Notes under the pieces: model-generated
Seen by the model: the letters and a program-made list of their open reading frames with translations, nothing else
Told to the model about the DNA's origin: nothing
The model's database searches: none
Made by a program: the position numbers and the translations under genes
Part shown: positions 9,270 through 18,232 of the stretch, piece after piece
Position numbering within the stretch: the first letter of the stretch is position 1
Layout of the letters: each line of letters begins with the position of its first letter
Assembly (NCBI GenBank): GCA_964606115.1
Contig: CAZSFH010000001.1
Location: 1-54,733 of the forward strand
Direction: 5' to 3'
Length of the DNA stretch: 54,733 nt
DNA from: an uncultured Planctomycetia bacterium
GTDB lineage: Bacteria > Planctomycetota > MHYJ01 > CAYXQY01

Positions 9270-9273
9270 CTTT

Positions 9274-10257
9274 CTATTCCGGAGGCCAGATCAGCGAGGT
9301 AATGGAGGAGAGCACCAGCACGGACGAAATCACGCCCAGGGACACTTCGACCGGTATGTGCACATGAAAGGCCTGGCTGATCAACATTTTTATACCGATA
9401 AACACGAGCACGAAGGACAGGCCGTAGTGCAGGTGGTGGAATTTTCGCATGACCCCGGCGAGTGCAAAGAACAGAGCTCGTAAACCCAGGATGGCGAGAA
9501 TGTTAGAGGTATATGCCATAAACATAAATAGTTCGTAGGAATCGCCTTTTTCGCTCTTGAGCTCCTGCAGCACGCCAATAACCGCCGGAATCGAGTCGAT
9601 GGCGAAAATCACATCCGTGGTCTCGATTGCAATGAGAACGACGAAGAGAGGGGTTGCTATGACGGTTCCCATTCGGAATATGAAGAAGTCCTCGGACCGG
9701 ATCCGTTTTGCAACGGGTACGAACATCCGGAAAATTCGGATGACGGGATTTTTGTCCGGATCGTATTGTTTCTCTTTTTCGAACGCCAGTTTAATCCCCG
9801 AAAAGATGAGTAACAGCCCGAACACGTACAGCATCCAGTCGAATCTGCTGATCAGGCTGACGCCAAGGTAGATAAACAGTGCACGGAGGACGATGGCCCC
9901 GAGAATACCCCAGAAAAGAACTTTATGCTGGTATTTTGCCGGAACCTTGAAGTACTGAAAAATCAGAAGGAAGACAAAAATATTGTCCACGCTGAGGGAT
10001 TTCTCGACCAGGTATGCAGTGAGAAACTGTATGGCCAGATGGCCGTTGCTGAGCCCGACCTTCGGCCAGAAATCGTCCACGTAAAAATACAGACCGAGGT
10101 TGAAGAGCAAGGCCGTACCTATCCAGACGGCCGTCCAGAAAAGAGCTTCACGTATGGAAACAGCGTGGGTTTCTCGATGAAAGATCCCCAGATCCACCGC
10201 CAGGAGGAGAAGCATCACAGCGTTGAATCCGATCCAGAGGTAGGTGGATGGTTCCAT
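9274..10257 (-). CDS. TerC/Alx-family integral membrane protein
   Basis: 327 aa, multi-TM. TerC-type segments LVEKSLSVDNIFVFLLIF and DSIPAVIGV. Confidence 0.85.
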   Translation of the reverse strand: MEPSTYLWIGFNAVMLLLLAVDLGIFHRETHAVSIREALFWTAVWIGTALLFNLGLYFYVDDFWPKVGLSNGHLAIQFLTAYLVEKSLSVDNIFVFLLIFQYFKVPAKYQHKVLFWGILGAIVLRALFIYLGVSLISRFDWMLYVFGLLLIFSGIKLAFEKEKQYDPDKNPVIRIFRMFVPVAKRIRSEDFFIFRMGTVIATPLFVVLIAIETTDVIFAIDSIPAVIGVLQELKSEKGDSYELFMFMAYTSNILAILGLRALFFALAGVMRKFHHLHYGLSFVLVFIGIKMLISQAFHVHIPVEVSLGVISSVLVLSSITSLIWPPE

Positions 10258-10362
10258 AAGGGGGCATGCGGAATAAAAACCTCGAAACGTTCGTTTATTT
10301 GTTGTAAGATTTTATGTTCTTTCACGCCGCTTCTCAATTTCTTTTTTTGTTGGAGGAATCCC

Positions 10363-10986
10363 ATGAGAAGATTGCGACATTCACTCTGTTCGTTTGCCCT
10401 GCTCGCTGCACTCGTTATGGGCCTGATGGCTTCCGCATCCGTTCAGGAGGTTCACGCCCAGGAAGATGCGGAGACGTTTTCGGTGGATAAGGTTCATTCC
10501 TCCGTGCTGTTCCGGGTCAAACACGCCAATGCATCATTCTTTTTCGGACGGTTAATCGATGTAAGCGGCACCATTCAGTACGACCGGGACAATCCGTCCA
10601 ACAGCAGCGTGAACCTGACGGTTCAAACCGAGAGCGTACGGACGTTTTCCAAGAAGCGGGATAATCACCTGCGCAGCCCCGATTTTTTTAACGCCAAGCA
10701 GTATCCGACCATTTCGTTTAAGAGCACATCCGTGAAGCCGGTGGAAGGTAAAGAGAACCGGTTCAAGGTCACCGGCACATTCTCGTTACACGGCGTTACG
10801 AAAGAATTGACCATTGACGTCGAAAAGACGGGTGAAGGAAAGGGACCCGAAGGTAATCCGAGAATCGGATTTTACTCGACCTTTACGATCGACCGAACCG
10901 AATTCGGAATGTCAAAATATGCGGATTCCGGCATGATCGGAAAAAACGTGAAGTTGTATATCAGTATCGAGGGCGTCAAGAAATAA
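10363..10986 (+). CDS. YceI-like periplasmic polyisoprenoid-binding protein
   Basis: ATG at 10363 preceded by GGAGG (10353-10357). Signal peptide MRRLRHSLCSFALLAALVMGLMASA, then YceI-like FSVDKVHSSVLFRVKH...FKSTSV. The upstream part of the tracked ORF (9925-10362) is antisense to TerC. Confidence 0.85.
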   Translation: MRRLRHSLCSFALLAALVMGLMASASVQEVHAQEDAETFSVDKVHSSVLFRVKHANASFFFGRLIDVSGTIQYDRDNPSNSSVNLTVQTESVRTFSKKRDNHLRSPDFFNAKQYPTISFKSTSVKPVEGKENRFKVTGTFSLHGVTKELTIDVEKTGEGKGPEGNPRIGFYSTFTIDRTEFGMSKYADSGMIGKNVKLYISIEGVKK

Positions 10987-11063
10987 ACAATTAAAGTCCG
11001 AAGCATTCTTTTTCGAGTTTTCGGTCCCGGCGGAAACTTTCGATTTTTGGCCGGAGATGGTTG

Positions 11064-12035
11064 ATGGTTGCTCTTATACTGAAGACCGTTGGCGTGGCGG
11101 TGTTGATCACCGCCGTTCTGCTAACGCTTTCCTGGAAACTCTGGGACCGATCCGCGGAGGTAGGTTCCGCCGGAAAAGCCGGCGCAGCGGCTGCGTTCGT
11201 GCTTGCGTTCGGAACGGGTTATTGCCTCGTGAACAACGGAATCCCACCCTTCCCGCCCGATCAGGACACGATCAATTGGATTCCGTATATCGCGCTGCTC
11301 GCGGGGGGTCTCGGGAGTGTACACGTGTTCTGGTCCGGGCCCTGGTGGGTCCGCTGGGGACTCCGTCTGTTGCTGGTAAGGTTCAGTTTCTGGCTTGTTA
11401 TGGAGCCGATTATTAATGAAACGTGGACGTCCCAGGAGTCCATTCTCTGGGCATGGGGTTGGGATGGGTCCGTGTTATTTCTGTGGTGGGGAATCGAGGA
11501 GCTCGAGAAGCGGAGCCATGGATCTGTGGTGCCGTTTTTATTCTTGATTTCTGGTACGGCGGGGAGTCTGTTGTTAATCAGCAGAATTGATTACGCCTCG
11601 ATGGCTCAGCTGGTGGGCGTCTTCTGTGGCATAACCGGCGTGTTTGGGGTGGCAACCCTCTGGAAAAAGAATGCGTCCGTCGGACGAGGGGTGGTTCCGT
11701 TGCTGGTTCTTTTGCTGCCGCTCATGATGGTGACGGGTTCGGCGTTTTCGTTTGGAACGATGAAGGCCCGGTGGTCGTATCTGGCTCTTGGATTTGTTCC
11801 GCTTTCCGGCTGGCTTGGTTGCCTTTCCCTGTTTTCGGAGTGGAAGAACTGGCAAAAGGCGCTGGTCAGCGGAATTTCAGGATTCTTATTGACCATGCTC
11901 TTTTTCAGTATTCCCCGTTATCAAAGTGTGGAGCCCGGGGAATCCGGTTCCGGGGGCTCATCCGACGGGCAGGATCGTGAAATAGAGGAACGGGAGTCGG
12001 GCGATCCGTATGGTGACGATTATGGTTATGATTAG
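11064..12035 (+). CDS. Hypothetical multi-pass membrane protein with an acidic C-terminal tail
   Basis: About 8 hydrophobic segments and W-rich loops. No recognised family. Confidence 0.55.
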   Translation: MVALILKTVGVAVLITAVLLTLSWKLWDRSAEVGSAGKAGAAAAFVLAFGTGYCLVNNGIPPFPPDQDTINWIPYIALLAGGLGSVHVFWSGPWWVRWGLRLLLVRFSFWLVMEPIINETWTSQESILWAWGWDGSVLFLWWGIEELEKRSHGSVVPFLFLISGTAGSLLLISRIDYASMAQLVGVFCGITGVFGVATLWKKNASVGRGVVPLLVLLLPLMMVTGSAFSFGTMKARWSYLALGFVPLSGWLGCLSLFSEWKNWQKALVSGISGFLLTMLFFSIPRYQSVEPGESGSGGSSDGQDREIEERESGDPYGDDYGYD

Positions 12036-12048
12036 TTGCTCCGAAGAA

Positions 12049-13548
12049 ATGCAGGCACTACGGTTCTGTCTTTTGATGGCGTTTTTTTGGGCGAGTCTCT
12101 TTTTCTCTGGAAATTTTGAAACGAGCATCAGCGCACAGGTCGATTCGGGCGGGTCGGCCCCGTCCGAAACGTCCGGGGAAAACGGACCGGCACCCTCGAA
12201 TGAAACGTATTACCAGAAGCTCCTTCGAAAAGCGAGAACCGGTTCGGTTGCCGAACGGGCGGCCGCTATGAAGCGGCTCGGCCGGATCGGTTTTCCCAGT
12301 GCGCTTCCGGTGTTGCGAACAAACCTTGACGGATCGGAGAAGCGTCTCCATCCGGTGGCGCTGGAAGCTGCCTCTCGAGTCGAACACCCCGAAGCCCTGC
12401 GGCTTCTGGTGAAACAATTGCTGTCCATGGATCCGATTCGTTCATCGAAAGCGGCCCTGCACCTGGTGAACCGGTTTCCGGAGAAGTCGATTCCGGAGTT
12501 GCTGAAGGCACTGGAGCAGGACTCGAAAGTGGTTCGGCGAGCTGCTTTTACCGCGCTCGAACACCGGACCGGATTTCGCTTCGGGTTTGAACCCGATGAG
12601 TCCCCGGAAGCACGTGAACGAGCTATAAACTCCTGGAAAGCCTGGTGGCGACGGAACCGTGATCAATCTCCGGAGACCTGGTGGCTTCGTTCACTCGAAC
12701 CCGGAAACGGTCCGGTCGCTTTGACGAGGCCACGTGTTATTTCATCGATCGAACGGCTTGTTCGAATTCGATCGAAAAAGGCCGTTCCGAAACTGATTGG
12801 ACTGCTGAAGGATTCCGCCGAATCGGTACGGGTGCGAGCGGTGCGTGGTCTGCGCACTCTAACCCTTCGGGAGATGGGATATAATCCGTTTTCTTCGCAG
12901 GATCAGCGAAAAGAGAAGGTGGAGGCATGGCAAAGATGGTGGAAACGGAACAATTCCAGAAGTCGTTTTACGTGGTTGATCAACCGACTGAGAACGGATG
13001 CGGCGGAACAGACTCGAGTGATGAAAGAATTATTCCGGGAGACGAAGCCCCGGCACGTCTCCCGATTGCTTCAGCTCCTGAAGTCGGATCAGAAACGGGT
13101 AGTGAGGGTGTCCCTGCGTCTGCTTCGATCGGTTACGGGACTCACCTTTGGGGCCCCGTCAAAAACGGAAAAGGGTCGTGAGGAATCGATCCGCCGCTGG
13201 AGAGCGTGGGGGAAACGGAGGGACGGAGATTCAAAGGCGGACTGGATGATGGAGACACTCCGAAACGGGAAGCAAGACGAGAATCGAAAAGCCGCAGCGA
13301 TGTATCTCAAACAGGTACGAACGAAACGTGCCGTCTCGGTCCTTATTGGGGCGGGACTGACGGATCGATCCAAAGCTGTACGGGAAGAGGCGGCCTTTTC
13401 CCTTATGCTGTTGACCGGCCGCCGGCATGGATTCCGACCGGGGGACCCCGATGAAAAGAGAGCGGAGGCGGTTCAGCGGTGGGAAGACTGGTGGAGACGG
13501 AAAAGCGAAAAGTTCTTCATGAGGGGGCCGGCCGTTCAAGGGAATTAA
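12049..13548 (+). CDS. Secreted HEAT-repeat protein with four ~95-aa modules
   Basis: Signal-like MQALRFCLLMAFFWASLFFSG. HEAT-like helices (AAAMKRLGRIGFPSALPVL; VVRRAAFTALEH). Each module ends in W-x2-W-W/G-x-R (INSWKAWWRRN, VEAWQRWWKRN, IRRWRAWGKRR, VQRWEDWWRRK). Confidence 0.7.
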   Translation: MQALRFCLLMAFFWASLFFSGNFETSISAQVDSGGSAPSETSGENGPAPSNETYYQKLLRKARTGSVAERAAAMKRLGRIGFPSALPVLRTNLDGSEKRLHPVALEAASRVEHPEALRLLVKQLLSMDPIRSSKAALHLVNRFPEKSIPELLKALEQDSKVVRRAAFTALEHRTGFRFGFEPDESPEARERAINSWKAWWRRNRDQSPETWWLRSLEPGNGPVALTRPRVISSIERLVRIRSKKAVPKLIGLLKDSAESVRVRAVRGLRTLTLREMGYNPFSSQDQRKEKVEAWQRWWKRNNSRSRFTWLINRLRTDAAEQTRVMKELFRETKPRHVSRLLQLLKSDQKRVVRVSLRLLRSVTGLTFGAPSKTEKGREESIRRWRAWGKRRDGDSKADWMMETLRNGKQDENRKAAAMYLKQVRTKRAVSVLIGAGLTDRSKAVREEAAFSLMLLTGRRHGFRPGDPDEKRAEAVQRWEDWWRRKSEKFFMRGPAVQGN

Positions 13549-13599
13549 AAAAAGGGGGTGTATACTCAGCGGCCCGTATGGTCGATCAGAACGTTGCGT

Positions 13600-14238
13600 T
13601 CAAAGTTTTTTTCGTTTCTCGTACAGATCATGGTCCCGGATATAATCCTGCACTTCCGAAGGGACCAGAAAATCGATAGACTTCTGTTCGCGCCGGCGGT
13701 TTCGAATCATGGTTGAGGACACGTGGAACCGTGCACTGTCCTCGGATTGAAAAATGATACGGTCTTTCCCTTTTTTGGCGATTAACTGCTTGACTTCTTT
13801 CGGTACTCTTTTGGGATTGGGATCACGACGGGCGACGTACAGGCGACTTGCATCCAGAATTTCCCCGGGGGCCTTCCAGTTGTGGAATTCTTTCAGGTTG
13901 TCGGAACCGATAATGAAGTGCAGGTTCCAGCTGGGGTTTTTCTCATTCAATTCCTGCACCGTATCCACGGTATACGACGGCCCCTCACGGTTCATGTCGA
14001 TGAGGTTGACCTGAAAATGAGGGGTTTCTTTGAGGGCCAGTTCGACCATAAGCATCCGGGATTCCGCGTCGGTAATTTCGCGGTCCTCCTGCCGCGGGGA
14101 ATTTCGATACGGGCAGAACAGCACCCGTGCCAGTTCACACTGGACCCGTGCCTCGTGGGCGACCAGCAGATGACCGTTGTGGATCGGATCAAAGTTTCCA
14201 CCAATAACACCAACGTTGAACTGTTTCTTAACAGGCAT
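13600..14238 (-). CDS. nadD: Nicotinate-nucleotide adenylyltransferase
   Basis: GVIGGNFDPIHNGHL (HxGH nucleotidyltransferase motif) and C-terminal ISST-like SSTMIR. Confidence 0.9.
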   Translation of the reverse strand: MPVKKQFNVGVIGGNFDPIHNGHLLVAHEARVQCELARVLFCPYRNSPRQEDREITDAESRMLMVELALKETPHFQVNLIDMNREGPSYTVDTVQELNEKNPSWNLHFIIGSDNLKEFHNWKAPGEILDASRLYVARRDPNPKRVPKEVKQLIAKKGKDRIIFQSEDSARFHVSSTMIRNRRREQKSIDFLVPSEVQDYIRDHDLYEKRKKL

Positions 14239-14493
14239 TTAAAAGTTTTTATAAACTGAAAGACCACTCACGCTCATCTGGTTCGACCGATGAGATCAAT
14301 AACGATAACCCCGGTGAATCGAATATTCGCTGATATAATCTTAACAATGCCAGAAGCCGTTTTTCAACAAAATTTGGACGTCCCGGTTGTCGACGGAGGT
14401 TGTCAACGGGGAGCTTCTGCATTCGGTTTAATCAACCGGAGGAATCGATTATAAACGATCATGATCGGTGTATGACCTTTTTAGATTTTTAAC

Positions 14494-15309
14494 ATGAATA
14501 TTGTTACCGCTCTCCAATCCGAGGCACAACCGCTCGTCGATTACTTCGATCTGACGGGGGCTCAGCCGGACGCTCCGTTCCAGATCTACGAATCGGAGGA
14601 TCTTCGGCTGATCATTTCCGGTCCGGGGAAAGTGGCAGCGGCCTCCGCCGTCGCATATCTCGCGGGTTCAAAACAGGTCCCCCATCCCGAGCTCTGGTTG
14701 AATATTGGTGTCGCCGGACACGCCGAGCGTCCTGTTGGTGAAGCGATTCTGGCCGGCGAAGTGATAGATGAGGCGACGAAGGAAAAATGGTATCCTCAGC
14801 CGGTGTTTGACCTGGAGCTCGATCTTGAGACGGTTCGTACCGTTTCCCGGCCGGTACGGACGTTTACCACCGACGACGCGTATGACATGGAGGCGGCGGG
14901 GTTTTACGATGTGGCCCTTCGGTTTTCCACCGTCGAGCGCGTCCACGTGATGAAGGTGGTCTCGGACGGCCGTTCTCGATCGCCGGATGATGTAACGGAA
15001 TCGGACGTGAAACAGCTGGTTTCGGATCGGCTCGAGCACGTGGAGCGGGTTCTTCAGACCTGCAGTGAACAACTACCTCAAGTCGGTCCACCGGCGGCGG
15101 AGGTGGAAGAGCTTCACGATTGGGTTCTGGAGTCGTGCAGTCTGAGCGTTACTCAGCAACACCGGTTATCGAGACTGATTGAACGGTGGTGCGCCGTTTA
15201 TCCTGAACGGGATCCACGATCGTTTTTCGATCCTGAAAACCTGGAGGCCGGCCGGCTGATGGACCGGATGGAGGAGGAAATCGAGTCCGCTTCAATACGA
15301 TACGGTTGA
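14494..15309 (+). CDS. Nucleoside phosphorylase/nucleosidase-fold protein (MTA/SAH-nucleosidase-like) with a ~90-aa C-terminal extension
   Basis: PNP_UDP_1-like motifs: IVTALQSEAQPL, ISGPGKVAAASA, NIGVAG, DMEAAGF, MKVVSD. Confidence 0.6.
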   Translation: MNIVTALQSEAQPLVDYFDLTGAQPDAPFQIYESEDLRLIISGPGKVAAASAVAYLAGSKQVPHPELWLNIGVAGHAERPVGEAILAGEVIDEATKEKWYPQPVFDLELDLETVRTVSRPVRTFTTDDAYDMEAAGFYDVALRFSTVERVHVMKVVSDGRSRSPDDVTESDVKQLVSDRLEHVERVLQTCSEQLPQVGPPAAEVEELHDWVLESCSLSVTQQHRLSRLIERWCAVYPERDPRSFFDPENLEAGRLMDRMEEEIESASIRYG

Positions 15310-15331
15310 CTTTTTGGATCGAAAGCCGAAC

Positions 15332-16322
15332 ATGATTTCACGGATATACATTGAAGAAAACGTTCGGGATCATCCACGGGTGCAATTGATCCTCGACCGA
15401 TTACCCGGGGCTGATACGTTCACCGTCGACTGTTATCAGGACGTGTTTAATCGGAAATCACAAAATTTTCGACTTCAAAAGAACGATCCCGCGTTAATTC
15501 TGGCCCGAAAATTTTGTACTGTCCCCTCCGTCTTATTGTGAGCTCGGGAACCGTTACCGGTTCTTTTATTTTTCGCATATGATGAATTGCGTGTACGATT
15601 GCCGGTACTGTTTTTTACAGGGGCTGTATGAGTCCGCTCATTACGTGGTATTTGTTAATTTTGAAGATTTTTTTCGGAACATTGAGGAAACCGTTTCGTC
15701 TGACCCCGAACGGGAGGCGTACTTTTTCTCCGGGCACGTCAATGACAGTCTGGCCCTGGACCGGATTACAAAATTTTCCGAAGCCCTTCTCCCGTTTTTC
15801 CTCCAGCTGGGACGGGGATGGGTTGAGCTACGAACGAAGAGTGTACAGATTCAATCTCTTCTTGAACAGGAACCCTTCGAACGGTGCGTTGTGGCCTGGA
15901 GCATGACGCCTCCAGCCATTTCCAGAGACGTAGAACACGAGACGCCCCCGGTTCAGAAGCGGCTCGAGGCGATGTCCGATCTACAGACACGAGGATGGAA
16001 TGTCGGGCTTCGATTTGATCCCGTCATTTACACGGAAGATTATCGGGATCAGTACCGCCTGTTGTTTGAAAAGGTGTTTGACGAGCTGGACCCGGAAAAG
16101 CTTCATTCGGTTACGCTGGGACCTTTTCGCCTGCCAAAAGACATGCACCAGAAGATGCGTTCCCTGTACCCGGAGGAGAAACTTTTCGCGTCGAAACTTG
16201 ACGAGAAGGATGGTATGGTTTCGTATCGGGGTGAACTCGAGGAGCAAATGCTTTCGTTCTGCTCGGAACAGATTCTACGCTTCGTCTCGAAAGATCGTTT
16301 TTTTCCCGCGGTATCGATATAG
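15332..16322 (+). pseudogene. Spore-photoproduct-lyase-like (SplB family) radical SAM protein, interrupted by a 1-nt frameshift
   Basis: The upstream piece (to 15541) ends ...DPALILARKF. The downstream frame reads FVLSPPSYCELGNRYRFFYFSHMMNCVYDCRYCFLQG (CxxxCxxC). The two frames join at the A4T4 run 15509-15516. Confidence 0.7.
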
Positions 16323-16339
16323 ACCCGGTCTGAAAAGGG
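16320..16339 (+). repeat. Motif variant TAGACCCGGTCTGAAAAGGG
   Basis: The TAG is the stop codon of the SplB-like ORF. One-nt indel relative to the other copies. Confidence 0.6.
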
Positions 16340-16372
16340 AGGGGAACGAGTGGTTTTGTTATCGACAAGAAG

Positions 16373-18199
16373 ATGAGTATTGAGCGGATCACGGACATCT
16401 TTGCACAGGTTCTCGAACAGCCGGGCGATCGTCCTCTTCTGACGTACAGGGATTCGGAGGCGGAGGAGTGGCGGGAGATGACCGTCCGGGAGTTCAGCGA
16501 CGGGGTCCACCGTCGAACCCGGGCTCTCCACGACCTCGGCGTTGAGCCAAACAGTTCGATCGCTCTAATCAGTGAGAACCGCCCCGAATGGCATCTGTAC
16601 GATTTTGCGATTCTCGGTCTTGGCGCATCAACCGTTCCGATTCACGCCAATCTCTCGCCGGAACAGACCGCATATGTTCTGAATGATAGTGAAAGCACGC
16701 ACCTGATCGTTAGCTCGGAGAAGCTGTTAAACAAGGTGCTAACCGGAATGGAGGGTACGGGCTCGCTGGAAAAGGTCATTGTTCTTGATCCGCCCGATAC
16801 CATTCCGGAGCGGGACGTGGTCGGGGAGCCGGAGATTCTGAAAAAGACGGAGTCGTATTCGAAGGACGAACTGGCGTCATTCTGGGAAGAAAAAGAGCAG
16901 GACGTCGAGCCGCATACGCTCGCGACGTTGATTTATACCTCGGGTACAACGGGTCAGCCCAAGGGCGTGATGCTCACGCATCGAAACATCGTTTCCAACC
17001 TTCTGTCGTGTTATGAAGTGATATCGTTTCAGGAGGAGGATCTTGGCTATTCTTTTCTTCCCCTGTCGCATGCGTTCGAGCGGTTAATGGATTACGCGTA
17101 CCTCTACTGTGGGTCTCGGATTGCGTACGGGTCACCGGACCGAGTGATTGACGATCTGAAGGAGGTTCAGCCTACCGTTTTTGCCAGTGTGCCGAGGTTG
17201 TTTGAGAAGGTAAAATCGACTGTTGAGGAACGGCTGGAGTCCTCGGGGACGATCAAGAAGACCCTGTTCAACTGGGCGATGGAGGTCGGATATCGGGCGA
17301 CCTGCTGTTATCACATCGAGGGACGTCCCGTACCACGCATGCTTGCCCTGAAACAGTGGATTGCCAATACCTTTATTCTTCGTTCGGTTCACAATGCGAT
17401 CGGCGGGAACGTACGCATGGTGGTGAGCGGCGGGGCGGCCCTGGATCGGGAGGTATGTGAATTTCTGCTCGGTTTATCGATCCCGGTGGTGGAGGGGTAC
17501 GGAATGACCGAGATGTCCCCTGTCGTCGCTCTGAACCGTCCTCGATCCATTCGTCCGGGCACCGTCGGACGTCCACTGCCGGAGGTGGACGTTCAAATCA
17601 AGGAGGATGGAGAGGTGATTACCCGCGGTCCAAATATGATGAAAGGATATTACCGTAAATACGACGAATCCGTGGACGCGTTACGGGACGGCTGGTTTCA
17701 TACGGGAGACGTGGGGGAGCTGGATGAGGAGGGGAACCTCATTATCAAAGGGCGTGCGAAATACACCATCGTGACGTCCTGGGGGGAAAATATTATTCCT
17801 CAGCCCCTCGAACGATCGCTGCGTCAGTCACCGTTCATCGAGCATGTCATTTTGATCGGTCATAATCGAAAATTTGTATCCGCTTTGATTCAACCGGATT
17901 TCGAACACCTCACCGGCTGGGCGAATGAGAATGAGCTTTCGTGGTCCAGCCGTAATGAACTGTTGAAAAGCGACAGGCTCCGTGACCGGATGGTGGAGGA
18001 AATAGAGGATCATCAGAAAGACTGGGCGGATTACGAAAAGGTGAAAGCGTTTCGCTTGATCCCCGAGACGTTGACGGTAAAAAAAGGTTATCTGACCCCG
18101 ACCATGAAAGTTCGCCGTCATATCCTTATGGACGCGTACAGAGAGGAAATAGATGAGATGTACGAGGAAGACGAGACGGAGAGCCGATCCGAATTATAG
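16373..18199 (+). CDS. Long-chain fatty-acid--CoA ligase (AMP-forming)
   Basis: AMP-binding signature LIYTSGTTGQPKGVMLTHRN, also YGMTE and GWFHTGD. Confidence 0.85.
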   Translation: MSIERITDIFAQVLEQPGDRPLLTYRDSEAEEWREMTVREFSDGVHRRTRALHDLGVEPNSSIALISENRPEWHLYDFAILGLGASTVPIHANLSPEQTAYVLNDSESTHLIVSSEKLLNKVLTGMEGTGSLEKVIVLDPPDTIPERDVVGEPEILKKTESYSKDELASFWEEKEQDVEPHTLATLIYTSGTTGQPKGVMLTHRNIVSNLLSCYEVISFQEEDLGYSFLPLSHAFERLMDYAYLYCGSRIAYGSPDRVIDDLKEVQPTVFASVPRLFEKVKSTVEERLESSGTIKKTLFNWAMEVGYRATCCYHIEGRPVPRMLALKQWIANTFILRSVHNAIGGNVRMVVSGGAALDREVCEFLLGLSIPVVEGYGMTEMSPVVALNRPRSIRPGTVGRPLPEVDVQIKEDGEVITRGPNMMKGYYRKYDESVDALRDGWFHTGDVGELDEEGNLIIKGRAKYTIVTSWGENIIPQPLERSLRQSPFIEHVILIGHNRKFVSALIQPDFEHLTGWANENELSWSSRNELLKSDRLRDRMVEEIEDHQKDWADYEKVKAFRLIPETLTVKKGYLTPTMKVRRHILMDAYREEIDEMYEEDETESRSEL

Positions 18200-18232
18200 A
18201 TTGGTTTGCCGCCCTCTTAGAGCAGAAGGAAC

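Noticed and set aside
9925-10362. N-terminal 146-aa extension of the tracked YceI ORF.
   Set aside because: It is antisense to the TerC coding sequence. A GGAGG-ATG start at 10363 gives a proper signal peptide and a normal YceI length.
10258-10362. Possible yybP-ykoY (Mn2+) riboswitch upstream of the TerC-family gene.
   Set aside because: Only ~105 nt are available, the region is AT-rich, and I could not see the conserved paired helices or GGGGAGUAG-type elements. An Rfam scan would settle it.
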